In this document: piece after piece, positions 1 through 31,339 of the stretch
Layout of the letters: each line of letters begins with the position of its first letter
Position numbering within the stretch: position 1 is the stretch's first letter
Source of the DNA: Narcine bancroftii
Lineage: Eukaryota
Length of the DNA stretch: 64,000 bases
Direction: 5' to 3'
Assembly: GCF_036971445.1 (NCBI RefSeq)
Contig: NC_091476.1
Span: 148,614,001-148,678,000, forward strand
Made by a program: the position numbers and the translations under genes
Notes under the pieces: model-generated
Seen by the model: the letters and a program-made list of their open reading frames with translations, nothing else
Databases searched by the model: none
What the model was told of the DNA's origin: nothing

Positions 1-206
1 CCCCCACCCCCTTCCCCCCCCACCCCCTCCCCTCCCCCACCCCCCACCCCCCCCTCCCCCCTCCCCCCCACCCCCTTCCCCCCACCCCCTTCCCCCCCAC
101 CCCCTTCCCCCCCACCCCCTTCCCCCCCCACCCCCTCCCCTCCCCCACCCCCCTTCCCCCCCACCCCCTCCCCTCCCCCACCCCCCTTCCCCCCCCACCC
201 CCCCCC
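1..206. repeat. C-rich low-complexity tandem repeat (CCCCCCACCCCCTT-like); G-quadruplex-prone on the minus strand
   Basis: Runs of C4-7 separated by A, T or TT, read directly. Confidence 0.95.
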
Positions 207-419
207 ATTTTGAGTTTTGATGATTTCCCCTCCCTTCCCTCTTGGCCTTTAATTTAATGTTACTTATTCTACCCCTCCTCCACTTCGCAAATTCATTCTC
301 GATACGGTGCAACCACTGCGTGGTTCTTTTCTGGCAACATCGTGGGGTTGGTTACATGACAAACGAGGAAGGTGCTATGCAAACGCAAGTCATTCTTTGC
401 AAACCGGCTCAGCCCCCAA

Positions 420-900
420 CCTACCAGCTCAGTCACTCCGACGGCTGCGAAAGGCGGCGCCCTTCGCCGTTCCACGCATGCGCGGCACCACCCGCCCATC
501 GTCCCATTATTTGGCAAGCCCCCCCCCCCCCCCAATCATCCCATTATTTGGCAAAGCCCCCCCTCCCCCGCGCCGAAAGGACAGGCGACCCACCGCCACA
601 CGGCGACCCCCCTCACCCCACGCTCGGTGACACCGCCTCCAGCCAAACCTTCATACCCGAGATCGTCCTCTCCCTTCACTCCCCAAACCGATCAAAGGAT
701 CCCGTTGGGATGACGTGTGACGCAGCGTCACCCTCCCTGTGAACCCCGCCCCCCCGGTCGAGCGATGACGTAATCATCACTCAACCCCCCAGCTGCTGCA
801 ATCTCGAAGCCCTCTGCCCTTGAAATGGAAACGGTGGCGAAGCCTTCGCAAAATCGGTTCGGATTCGGTTCGTGCCTCTTTGGGACAGAGGATGCATTGA
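420..900 (-). promoter_or_regulatory. CpG-island promoter and probable first exon(s) of an unidentified minus-strand gene running off the left edge
   Basis: High CpG density; NRF1-like ACGCATGCGC (~474-483); CRE/ATF-like TGACGT (~711, ~766); GC box CCCCGCCCCC (~744); donor-like GTGAGG (~611-616) and GTAGGT (~419-425) on the minus strand. Confidence 0.6.
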
Positions 901-964
901 GTCCCCCTTCGTGAAAATAAGACAATCTTCCTCCTAGGAATCCCTAGCCCATAAGGAGTAGAGC

Positions 965-1470
965 ACAGCATTTCAGGTTTATTGTCAGAGGACAAATAAC
1001 ATCACATACAACCCTGAGATCCTTTTTCCTGTGGGCCAGGCACTTACTGGTAGAAAACAAAAATCTGGTACTGTAAACAAACTGTGCAAAACAGAGAGTC
1101 AACATGGTGGAAAAGAAAGACTCCTGATTAAGTTTGTTGTGGAGGAGTCTGATGAGGGGGGGGGGGGGGGTTGCAGCTGCTCTTGAACCTGGTGGTGCGA
1201 GTCTTGCGGCACCTAGACCTCTTTCCTGATGGCAGCAGTGAGAACAGAGCGTGTGCTGGGTGGCGTGGACCCTTGATGATTGCTCCTACCCTCTGATGGC
1301 AACATTCCTTGTAGATGTTCTCTCTGGTGGGGAGGGTTTTGTCTGTGATGTCCTGGGCTGTGTTCATAACCTTTTGTGGTCCTTTCCACTCATGGGTATT
1401 GGTGTCACCATACCGTGATGCAGCCAGTCGTCTCCCGTCTGTAGAAATTTGCCAAGGTTTCTGATATCAT
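965..1470 (-). mobile_element. Rex1/Babar-type LINE 3' fragment
   Basis: ORF remnant IIKGPRHPAHALFSLLPSGKRSRCRKTRTTRFKSS; same family as 39985-40930; coordinates approximate. Confidence 0.7.
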
Positions 1471-1659
1471 AAATTACCCACCTCCCGTCACAACTGTGAC
1501 AGATCTTCAGAGAAAACAAGTCATATTTGACCCCGAGGGACTGCACAAGAAGGAGGTACTATGAGACCAAGTGCTTTACAGTGAAAAAGTTTTTCTGAAG
1601 GGAACTTACTGCTGAAATGTCAGAGGCCAGGGGAACAAATCAGTCCTTGAGTGGTCAGC

Positions 1660-2240
1660 AGTGAAGAGGGCAAGAAACTTTAAATTCCTGAGCGTCAACA
1701 TCTCTGATGGCTCATCCTGCAATCATGAAGAAGGCAAGCCAGTTGTGATATTTTGTTCGGAGTTTGTGGAGATTTGTTATGGCCCCAAAGCCTCTTGTAA
1801 ATTTCTACAGATGTACCATGCAGAGCATTCTGACCAGTTGCATGACTGTCTAGTATGGAGGTGCCAATGCAACAGACAGGAAAAGGCTACACCATCATGG
1901 GCATTAGTCTTCATTTCATTAAGGACATCTTTAGGAGGTGGTGCCTCAAGAAAGCGGCCTCAATTATCTAGGACCCTCAGCAGCCAGGCCATGCCCTCTT
2001 CTAATTGCTACCATCAGGAAGGAAGCATGGGAGATTGAAGGTGAGCACTTAATGTTACAAAAACAGTATTGCCCCCTCATCATCAAATTTCAGAACAGAC
2101 AATTAACCCATGGGCACTACCTCACTTTTTCTCATTTTTACACTAATTATTTTTTTAAAATCTTCCATTTATAGCAATTTTGCATTTGTAATGCAAAATG
2201 ACAAATTTCATGCCACGTTTCTAATAATAAACCTGATTCT
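1660..2240 (+). mobile_element. Older Rex1/Babar-type LINE 3' fragment
   Basis: Degenerate similarity to the element above (NFKFLSVNISD; ctaccatcaggaaggaag); tail aataaacctgattctga. Confidence 0.5.
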
Positions 2241-2486
2241 GAAATGTGCAGCAATCACTAATGAAATGAATGTTTTGAAACATTAAATGAGGAATAAGCA
2301 TTTAAAATGGAACAGTGAGAATAACTGCTTTCATTTTTCAAGGTAATGTCATGGAATCGATTGAGATTAAGTGGGAGAGCATTTAGTTCATTGTTTGAAT
2401 ATCTTATCCAAAAATGTACTTCAGTTCAAGTTTATTGGTCAACCGATTGTACAATCTGACCAAACAGCATTCTCCAGTCCACTTTC

Positions 2487-5400
2487 TTTTTTTTTAAATT
2501 TTTTTTTCACACCATAAATCACATTAACCATGGTACACACTTTTTCCTTTTCACACATATACAGTGCCGTTTTCTCCCCCCCCCCCCCCCACCTCCCTCC
2601 TCCCAACCCCCCCCCCCCCTCCCCACCCCCCCTCCTGTCCATTTAAGGTATACAATCTAGGATACATTTAACCAGTCAGATAATGTTGTCACTCAACAAA
2701 AATACACCAGAAATTCTACTGAGTCCATTCTTTTCATTTCCTTCTCCTTCCATCAACTTAGGTAATGATTGTCTCCGGTAGGTTTTCGCTATTGTATTTA
2801 ATGTAAGGCTCCCATATTTGTTCGAATATTTCAATATTATTTCTTAAACTATATGTTATTTTTTCCAATGGAATACATTTATTCATTTCTATATACCATT
2901 GTTGTATTTTCAAATTATCTTCCGATTTCCAGGTTGACATAATACATTTTTTTGCTACGGCTAGAGCTATCTTAACAAATCTTTTTTGTGCACCATCCAA
3001 ATCAGTTCCAAATTCTTTGTTTTTTATGTTACTTAGGAGGAAGATCTCTGGATTTTTTGGTATATTGATTTCTGTAATTTTATTTAATATCTGGTTTAGA
3101 TCTTCCCAAAATTTTTCTACTTTCTCACATGTCCAGATTGCATGAATTGTTGTTCCCATTTCTTTTTTACATCGAAAACATCTATCAGATACTGTTGGGT
3201 CCCATTTATTTAACTTTTGAGGTGTAATGTATAGCCTGTGTATCCAGTTATATTGTATCATACGTAACCTCGTATTTATTGTATTTCTCATCGTTCCAGA
3301 GCATAACTTCTCCCATGTTTCCTTCTTTATCTTTATATTTAAATCTTGTTCCCATTTTTCTTTAGTTTTACCATTTGTTTCCTCATTCTCCTTTTCTTGC
3401 AGTTTAATATACATATTTGTTATAAATCTTTTGATTATCATTGTATCTGTAATCACATATTCAAAGTTACTTGCCTCTGGCAAACTCAAACTGCTTCCTA
3501 ATTTATCCTTCAAGTAGGATCTCAATTGGTAATATGCCAGCGCTGTATCTTGAGTTATATTGTACTTATCTTTCATTTGTTCAAAGGATAAGAATCTATT
3601 TCCTGAAAAACAATTTTCTATTCTTTTAATCCCTTTTTTTTCCCATTCTCTAAAGGAAAGGTTATCTATTGTAAAAGGGAGTAACTTGTTTTGCGTCAAT
3701 ATTAGTTTTGGTAATTGATAATTTGTTTTATTTCTTTCTACATGAATCTTCTTCCAAATATTGAGGAGATGATGTAATACTGGAGAACTTCTATGTTGTA
3801 CCAATTTTTCATCCCATTTATATAATATGTGTTCAGGTATCTTTTCCCCTATTTTATCTAATTCTAATCTCGTCCAATCTGGCTTTTCCCTTGTTTGATA
3901 AAAATCTGATAGGTATCTTAATTGTGCGGCTCTATAATAATTTTTAAAGTTTGGCAGTTGTAAGCCTCCTTGTTTATACCATTCTGTTAATTTATCTAGT
4001 GCTATCTTCAGTTTCCCCCCTCTTCATAAAAATTTCCTTATTATTTTCTTTAACACCTTGAAGAATTTCTCTGTCAGTTGTATTGGCAATGCCTGAAATA
4101 AGTATAATATCCTTGGAAAAATGTTCATTTTAATACAGTTTATCCTTCCTATTAGTGTTAGTGGTAAATCTTTCCAATGCTCTAAATCGTCCTGTAATTT
4201 TTTCATTAGTGGATAATAATTGAGTTTATATAGTTGGCCGAGATTTTTGTTTATTTGTACACCTAGGTATCTTATTGCTTGCATTTGCCATCTAAATGGT
4301 GATTCCTTCTAAAATTTTGAGAAATCCGCATTATTCATAGGCATTGCTTCACTTTTATTTACGTTTATCTTGTAACCCGACACTTCTCCATATTCCTTCA
4401 ATTTCTTATATAATTCTTTTATTGATAGTTCTGGTTCTGTTAAGTACACTATAACATCATCCGCAAATAAACTGATTTTATATTCCTTGTCTTTTATTTT
4501 TATTCCTTTTATATTATTATCTATTCTTATCAGTTCTGCTAGTGGTTCTATAGCTAACGCAAACAATAAAGGTGATAGTGGGCATCCCTGCCGTGTTGAC
4601 CTGCTTAAGTTAAATTGCTTAGATACATGTCCATTTACTGTCACTTTCGCTAACGGTCCCTTATATAATGCTTTAATCCAATTAATATACTTCTCTGGTA
4701 AACTGAATTTTTGCAATACTTTGAACAAATAATTCCATTCTACTCTGTCAAAGGCCTTCTCTGCGTCTAAAGCAACTGCTACTGTAGGTGCTTTATTTCC
4801 TTCTACTGCATGAATTAAGTTAATAAATTTACAAATATTGTCTGTTGTGCGTCTTTTTTTGATAAATCCAGTTAGGTCTAAATTTACCATTTTCGGTACA
4901 TGCTCTGCTAATCTGTTTGCTAATAGTTTAGCTATTATCTTATAATCTGTGTTAAGTAAGGATATTGGTCTATATGATGCTGGTGAGAGTGGATCTTTCC
5001 CTTGCTTTAGTATTACTGTAATTATTGCTGTTTTACATGAACCTGGTAAGCTTTGTGTTTCATCAATCTGGTTGATTACTTCCAGGAGGGGCGGAATTAA
5101 TAAGTCTTTAAATGTTTTGTTGAATTCTATTGGGAATCCATCCTCTCCTGGTGTCTTATTATTTGGTAATTTTTTTATTATCTCTTGTATTTCTACTATT
5201 CCAAATGGTTCTGTTAATTTATTTTGTTCCTCTATTTGTAGTTTTGGTAGTTCAATTTTAGTCAGAAATTCATCTATTTTCCCTTCTTTCCCTTCGTTTT
5301 CAGTTCGGTATAATTGTTCATAGAATTCTCTAAAGTTTTCCTTAATTTCTTTTGGATTATATGTAATTTGTTTGTCTTTTTTCTTTGATGCCAATACCAT

Positions 5401-6123
5401 TTTCTTAGCTTGTTCTGTCTTAAGCTGCCATGCTAGGATTTTGTGCGTTTTTTCACCTAGTTCATAATATTTCTGTTTTGTCTTCATTATATTTTTCTCC
5501 ACCTTATATGTTTGTAGTGTTTCATATTTTATTTTTTTATCCGCCAATTCTCTTCTTTTAGTAATATCTTCCTTCATTACTAATTCTTTTTCTATATTTA
5601 CTATTTCCCTTTCCAACTGCTCTGTTTCCTGATTATAGTCCTTCTTCATCTTGGTTACATAACTTATTATTTGCCCTCTAATGAATGCTTTCATTGCATC
5701 CCATAGTATAAACTTATCTTCCACTGATTCCGTATTTATTTCAAAATACATTTTAATTTGTTTTTCAATAAATTCTCTAAAATCCTGCCTTTTAAGCAAC
5801 ATGGGGTTTAATCTCCATCTATACATTCTTGGAGGGATGACCTCTAACTTTATTGTCAATATTAAGGGTGAATGGTCTGATAGTATTCTAGCTTTATATT
5901 CTGTTTTTTTTACTCTATCTTGCATACGAGCTGATAACAAAAATAGGTCTATTCTTGAATATGTTTTATGTCTAGCCGAGTAATATGAATATTCCTTTTC
6001 CTTTGGGTGTTGTTTCCTCCATATATACAAAAGTTGCATTTCTTCCATCGATTTAATTATAAATTTGGTTACTTTGTTCTTTCTGTTAATTTTTTTCCCA
6101 GTTTTGTCCATATTTGAATCCAT
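2487..6123 (-). mobile_element. Young 5'-truncated L1-clade LINE: ORF2 with end of APE endonuclease, RT and C-terminal Cys domain
   Basis: ORF segments 6123-4309 (YSRIDLF, SDHSP, YRPISLLN, QGCPLSPLLF, FADD), 4284-4024 and 3804-2758 (CFRC..HAIWTC); one frameshift at ~4309 and one stop at 4024; A-rich tail; 14-bp TSD TCCAGTCCACTTTC at 2473-2486 and 6124-6137; TTTC/AA nick site. Confidence 0.95.
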
Positions 6124-6209
6124 TCCAGTCCACTTTCAATGATACAAGTACTTCCCCAGAGACTCAATCCATACTGTTGTACTTTTATTTTAGATTTACA
6201 TCCACCAGT

Positions 6210-6767
6210 GGATGTACCACCAGCGTTGTCTCCAATCCATCCTCAACATTCATTGGAGCGACTTCATCACCAACATCGAAGTACTCGAGATGGCAGAGGC
6301 CGACAGCATCGAATCCACGCTGCTGAAGATCCAACTGCGCTGGGTGGGTCACGTCTCCAGAATGGAGGACCATCGCCTTCCCAAGATCGTGTTATATGGC
6401 GAGCTCTCCACTGGCCACCGAGACAGAGGTGCACCAAAGAAGAGGTACAAGGACTGCCTAAAGAAATCTCTTGGTGCCTGCCACATTGACCACCGCCAGT
6501 GGGCTGATATCGCCTCCAACTGTGCATCTTGGCGCCTCACAGTTCGGCAGGCAGCAACCTCCTTTGAAGAAGACCGCAGAGCCCACCTCACTGACAAAAG
6601 ACAAAGGAGGAAAAACCCAACACCCAACCCCAAACAACCAATTTTCCCTTGCAACCGCTGCAACCGTGTCTGCCTGTCCCGCATCAGACTTGTCAGCCAC
6701 AAACGAGCCTGCAACTGACGTGGACATTACCCCTCCATAAATCTTCGTCTGCGAAGCCAAGCCAAAG
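6210..6767 (+). mobile_element. RTE-clade LINE 3' fragment
   Basis: ORF QLRWVGHVSRMEDHRLPKIVLYGEL...CNRCNRVCLSRIRLVSHKRAC; tail GCGAAGCCAAGCCAAAG; 12-bp TSD ACATCCACCAGT (6198-6209, 6768-6779). Confidence 0.9.
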
Positions 6768-7249
6768 ACATCCACCAGTTTTGCATTATTGTTCAGCTGG
6801 CCCTTTGGAAGATTTACTCCCAGTCTCTTCCCATTTTTCCATGAACCTGAATGATAAGACTGTAAAATCTAGTTACAAAAAAATCTAGTTGTAAATTGGC
6901 AATTTTCATGATTTCTGTTAATCTCCATGAGATACTGATTAATTCAGCCATTGTCAGAAGTAATGCATATGCTCTGCAATATAGTTATAAGAAAGTGTTA
7001 TTGAATCTTTTCATTTATTTGTAAAATACTGAAGACAGAAAAAAAAGCTTTGATAATATTGAGTGGTTAGATGTTGTAGGTTATGTGTCAGAGAATTGTA
7101 TAGCACAGAAACAAGCCGTTTGGCTCAGTGCATCTATGGTGACCATCATACTCATCTTCTCGAGCTGAATTACACCTTTTCTGTAGGGTGGCAACCCAAT
7201 TCTCTAGTAGAGCCTAACCAATTATATCGTGAAATCTTAACAGCCAATG

Positions 7250-7690
7250 AAGGGAAGCATGCCATCTGCCTTGTTGAAGGAACAACACCTTTCCGACTTG
7301 GCATCCTCCAGTCACATGGCATGAACATTGACTTTACTACTTTCCACTAAACCTGCTTGTCTTTTCTTCCCCCTCCCCTTTCCTGTCCTTCTAGTTCTCT
7401 CAAATAGCTATACCATCCCCTCTTCCCCCCTCATTGCTGCTGTCCCTGCCCTTCTTTCTCCACCTAACATCTCCTGCCTTTGCCACCCCCCTTTACCCCT
7501 CCTACTCTTTTGTTCAGACACTTGCCAGCATTTTCTCATTCCTTGATGAAGGGCTCTAACCCGAAACGTCAGTTCTGTATCTTTGCCATTGCTATATAAA
7601 GGACACTGTTTTAGCTGCTGAGCTTCTCCTGCAGTTTGTGTTTTTACTTCAGACGTGGTGTCTACAGAATTTTGGAATTTACATCTGCCT
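7250..7690 (+). mobile_element. Penelope-like element 3' fragment with hammerhead-like motif (7537-7578)
   Basis: Similar to 59120-59500; contains TTGATGAAGGGCTCTAACCCGAAACGTC and the CTGCTGAGCTTCTCC terminus. Confidence 0.7.
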
Positions 7691-7849
7691 TGTTCAATAC
7701 CCTGTCTCCCTGCATTGCTACTTTTAGGGAACAATACACACATACCCCTGCATGTCTTTCTCTTTTGTTTCTCTGAGAATACCTCCCCACCCCCTCCAGG
7801 TCCTACCATTCACTGGTCTTGCCTTGGTTTAACATCCCAAAATGCTTAG

Positions 7850-8330
7850 AATCAGAATTTCACCGAGTTGAGGGTCTTCCAGTAATTCTGGATGTCTATG
7901 TGTGAGACCCTGGAAAAAGCCCATAAATCAGAGTTCTCTGTCACCCTGCTGCTGGAGATAAACCATGACAGGATACTTGTATCCTTTTTCCAGACTCTTT
8001 GTGAATCTGCATTGTGCAAGGAGATGGGCAACTGTCTCCGCTCCACCACAGTTGATTCAGGGACAATGCGAGATGTAGGTGATATTCCTATTATACAGGA
8101 AGAATCCGACAGGGAAGGCTCCTCTCACCGCCACCCAGGTCAATCCTGGTGCTTATTTGTGAGCACCAGTGATGAGGCATTCTTCCAGATGACCAGGACT
8201 GTCTGCGCCAGGAACCACCCAAATATGTCCATCGAGTCCTTGTTTCTCAGTGTCTGGGGGACATTCTGTGCTGATTTCTGCTTGATGATGGCCTGGTAGT
8301 TGAAGGTAGTCTGAAAAACCTTTTTCATGA
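7850..8330 (-). mobile_element. Old Tx1/L1 LINE ORF2 C-terminal remnant
   Basis: Frameshifted WKNASS..LTNKHQDL-W..VRGALPV and CP..CGGAETVAHLLAQC on the minus strand. Confidence 0.6.
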
Positions 8331-9549
8331 AGGATAAAAAGAATTGTCAATGGGTGGGGTTGACAATGCTTCATCAAAACTGAATGTGCAGTGGGGAGAT
8401 TGCCAGTAAAATGAGGACAGGGTGGGAGGGGTTTGACGGGGGCCAGACGGGGACTGGTTAATCAGGGAGAGATAAAGTATGATGGACATTTCGTTGGCAT
8501 AGTTGGTGATGCATAATTCATAAGGTCCAATTATTTAAAATATTAAGATATGCAATATGCTAATAAGTTAGGATGTTGCAGAGTAGTATTTGACTCCAGT
8601 TAAAAGATGTATATCTAATAATTCAATAACAATTGAAACTCACTAGTTTACAATTTTCATTGTGATGACAGAGTAAATATTGTGAGGTTGCCATATTTTC
8701 ACTTGTATTTATGTATCATTGTGTAACTATAAAGACGTTGACTGACATCTGTCAGCTATCAAACCATTGCTGAGACTGCGGTAGGGTTGAGTTGGATGAA
8801 CACGGCGCAAGGTGTATGGCACAGACTTTGCTGAATATGGGGGCTTTCCATCCAAGCGAAGCTTACTGTGGTGATGCACTTTGAATTACTGCACTGTACC
8901 ACGTTGAAGATACCTTGCGAGAGACTTTCAGGAAGGGAGGGTAGGGGTGGGGAGGAGGAGTTGGGGGTGGTAGTTGTGGGGGGAGTGGTTATTAAACTGT
9001 GTTGAGATTCTCCTGGGGATAGGGAGAAGTTTTTTCATAAACTGAGTTCATGTGCAGCAATATGCAGGATTGTGGGAGCGCGATCGCTATTGCTGGTCAT
9101 TTAACGTCTTGACAATGGGAAACATATTGGGGTATCTCTGAAAGCCACAAGAGGCTGCAGTCACGAAGCATAACCGCAACACTGAATTTTATTCATGGCT
9201 CTGCTCTGATTTATTTTTTCAGTTTTTAAACTGCTGAAACTAATTTTAATTAGTCACTTATTTGGCCTGAAAACATTTCAAAGACATGATTGATTTGTTC
9301 TTCATATGGGACACCTGTAAAAGTGTCCCATATGAAAATTACCATGAAAATCATATTGTAATATATCTGTATATTAAACTCCAGTCTGTATATTATGCTT
9401 CAATTCATGACCTGTGCATCATTAATGAAAATGTGAGCTATAACAGAGCAATTAAGCTTCCCATGGAGATCTTGGGCCGTAATCAAGTTCAATAAATTTG
9501 CAACATGCAGTGAAGAACTCAATATAAATAATGCTCATAATATTCATAA

Positions 9550-10928
9550 CTTTTATTTAAAATGCCTTTATTTTATTTTACAAAATAAATAAGCTTTTAT
9601 AAGCTTCTGGATATCATAAAATTAGAAATTTAACAATGGCATAACTAGGAAAATGTAAACATCAACATTTGCTTTCAGGACTTAATGGCCTGTCAGATTT
9701 TCTGTAGTTCCCACTTTGCCATATCCTTTTTTTATTAATTTACAATTGCAGAGTCCTACTCAGTAGTGAAAATGCAACCAGCTCATAGAGACAAGTGGGA
9801 AAAATACCCAAATAAAACACGGAGAGGCGCAGGAGCAGAATTAAAATATTTTTCATTAATCTTCTTCTTTTCCTTATCATTTTATTTGTAATCTTAGCTG
9901 AGGTGAATTGTTTCTCTTTTCCACCAAAAAAAATGTAGTCTCCTGTATGCATTTCTCAAAACTGGAAGCAAATCTGACTCTGTGCCTCAACATTTGTAAT
10001 CTCACAACTGTGTATAGGAGGTAGATGTTTTGACAAACTTATACCAGTACCAATGTCCTACACTCACTTTGATCACAACTTCTATTTTGTCCTCAATTTT
10101 AATCATCTTAATAACACAAAAAAATACTGTATTGTTCAAAGGTTCATAATGCTGAATGATAACACCTTTTTAGCTACCTCTGGCCAGCTAAAAAGGTGTT
10201 ATCATTCAGCATTATGAACCTTTGAATAGTACAGGATTTTTTTGGTGTAACTGTACTAACATTAAAAAAACCCAAAGGATTAGCAATATCAAAATTAATG
10301 ACATAAACAAACAGACACAAAAAGATGTGGTGGATAAACCAGTACTCTATCAGACTGTAAATGCAAATAGTAATATTGTAAAACTTGAATAGACGAATGC
10401 CATACTTTTAGCAAAAATACAGAACTTATGTAGGGAATCTTTGTAACTGTGGGCATTTGAATTGCTTAGATTTACAACTCAATATTGCTTAAAACGAAGA
10501 ACCTAAGCAAAAAAAAAAAGAAATTCCAAAGGCACTCTCCAGTGGCATGATCCATATAATGCTATGAACCTCTACTCTGTGTGAGGAGAACACCACTTAA
10601 CATTTCAATCTGATCTACTCCTACTTATAATCACATTTTAAAACATTTCAAATCTATGAATTAACTATTTGGACAGCCCTAACTTTTACATTTTGGGAAA
10701 GAGATCCATTTTCTTAAAAATAGCATCTGCCTTGAAATGATTGTTTGCTTAAAATCCTGGACAAAATTGTAACAAGATGATGCAGCATTTGTTATATCTG
10801 TTTTGTCACAGTTCGAACCATATTAATCAAGAATTATGCCACATCCAGAATAACAGAATATCATGAGTGAAAAACTCCCCATTGATTATCTGGAATTTTT
10901 ATAGTTTTGTAGTCATGATATTAATCTG
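9550..10928 (-). other. TRNAU1AP: Probable TRNAU1AP 3' UTR
   Basis: AT-rich unique sequence after the stop; AATAAA on the minus strand at ~9731, ~9567-9577 and ~9552; true end unknown. Confidence 0.55.
10114..10248. repeat. Long inverted repeat: perfect 41-bp arms 10135-10175 and 10186-10226, 10-nt loop
   Basis: TTCAAAGGTTCATAATGCTGAATGATAACACCTTTTTAGCT and its exact reverse complement; imperfect extension of ~20 bp. Confidence 0.97.
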
Positions 10929-30204
<19,276 letters not shown>

Positions 30205-31339
30205 CCTCCTCGCCGTGGTCTTTCCTCGCCCTCAACTGAATCTCGGAGGAATTAAAATACATTCAACGATGCGAAAAGACGACACAGAGCGTGGCGGCGA
30301 TCGCTTGACTCGCCTTCCGCCTGAGCGGTGATCACCGACGCTCTCCGCGACTCCGCCCCGCGGCTTCCACCCCGTTCCCGCCTCGCTCCACAGCGCCACC
30401 TGCAGTAGCGGAGGAACCGCTGCAGGAAGTGCTGCCTTGTTCCAGATCTGTTGTTGGAGAGTAAAGTCACACATAACCCTTTTCGAATTATCACCGACTG
30501 GTAGTGCAAAAAAAACATACACTCAACTTACACATGTAAACAAACTGCAATACAGAGAGGAAAAAGAAATCAATAGTGGAAAAGTAAGTCCTTAAATGAG
30601 TCCCTGATTGAATTCATTGGGTTAGGGTTAGGCTGTCTCGTAGTGCCCAAGAGGGGGTTCAGAGATTAAATTTAAGAATTATTGTCACTGAACATATATG
30701 ACATCACACAATCCTGAGTTTTTTTTTCTTGCAAAGCAGAATTACCACTTTTTGGTAGTGCAAAAAAAAATGACTCAAGAAGATGTGTACACTTGTAAAC
30801 AAATCCATGTGCAACACAGAGATTTTTTAAAAAGTCAATAAAGTGCAAGAGTCCTTAAGTCTCTGAGTTTCTTGTTGAGGAGTCTGATGTTGGAACCGGG
30901 TGGTGTGAGTATTGTGGCACCCATGCCTTTTTTCCTGATGGTAGCAACAAGCAGCTTTCTTCACAATGCCATGAGTGTGCTGGGTCCACAAAAGACCCTC
31001 TGAGGTAATGACTCATATGAATTTAAATTTGTTCACCCTCTCCCCCTCTGATTCCCAAATCAAACACCACTGGGTTAGGAAGAGACAATTGACTGAGGAA
31101 ATGCTAAGACGAGTTGCAACATGAGTATTTCATAAAATGCAACTCATGTGATTTTCATGTCTCTCTCTCTCCCCCCCTTCACTCAAAATTGGCTTGAAAT
31201 TGAAGATTCGTAATGTGGGAACCACAGACTCAGCCACTGTAGAGAAGGGGTGGATGTGTGAGTAGTTTGAGAGGTGATGTACTCATATTTATGTTGAGCT
31301 TCTCTGACCTTCATCAAATAAATTTAAGTTTCCCAGTAT

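Noticed and set aside
242-742. 166-aa ORF and overlapping ORFs
   Set aside because: Pro-rich, low-complexity translations of a GC-rich promoter with no recognisable domain.
8650-9260. SNHG12-type snoRNA cluster downstream of TRNAU1AP, as in human
   Set aside because: No convincing C/D or H/ACA architecture was recognised; an Rfam scan would be needed to exclude it fully.
9550-10928. SECIS element or Sec recoding in TRNAU1AP
   Set aside because: The CDS has no in-frame TGA and ends in TAG; no SECIS-like fold was recognised by eye.
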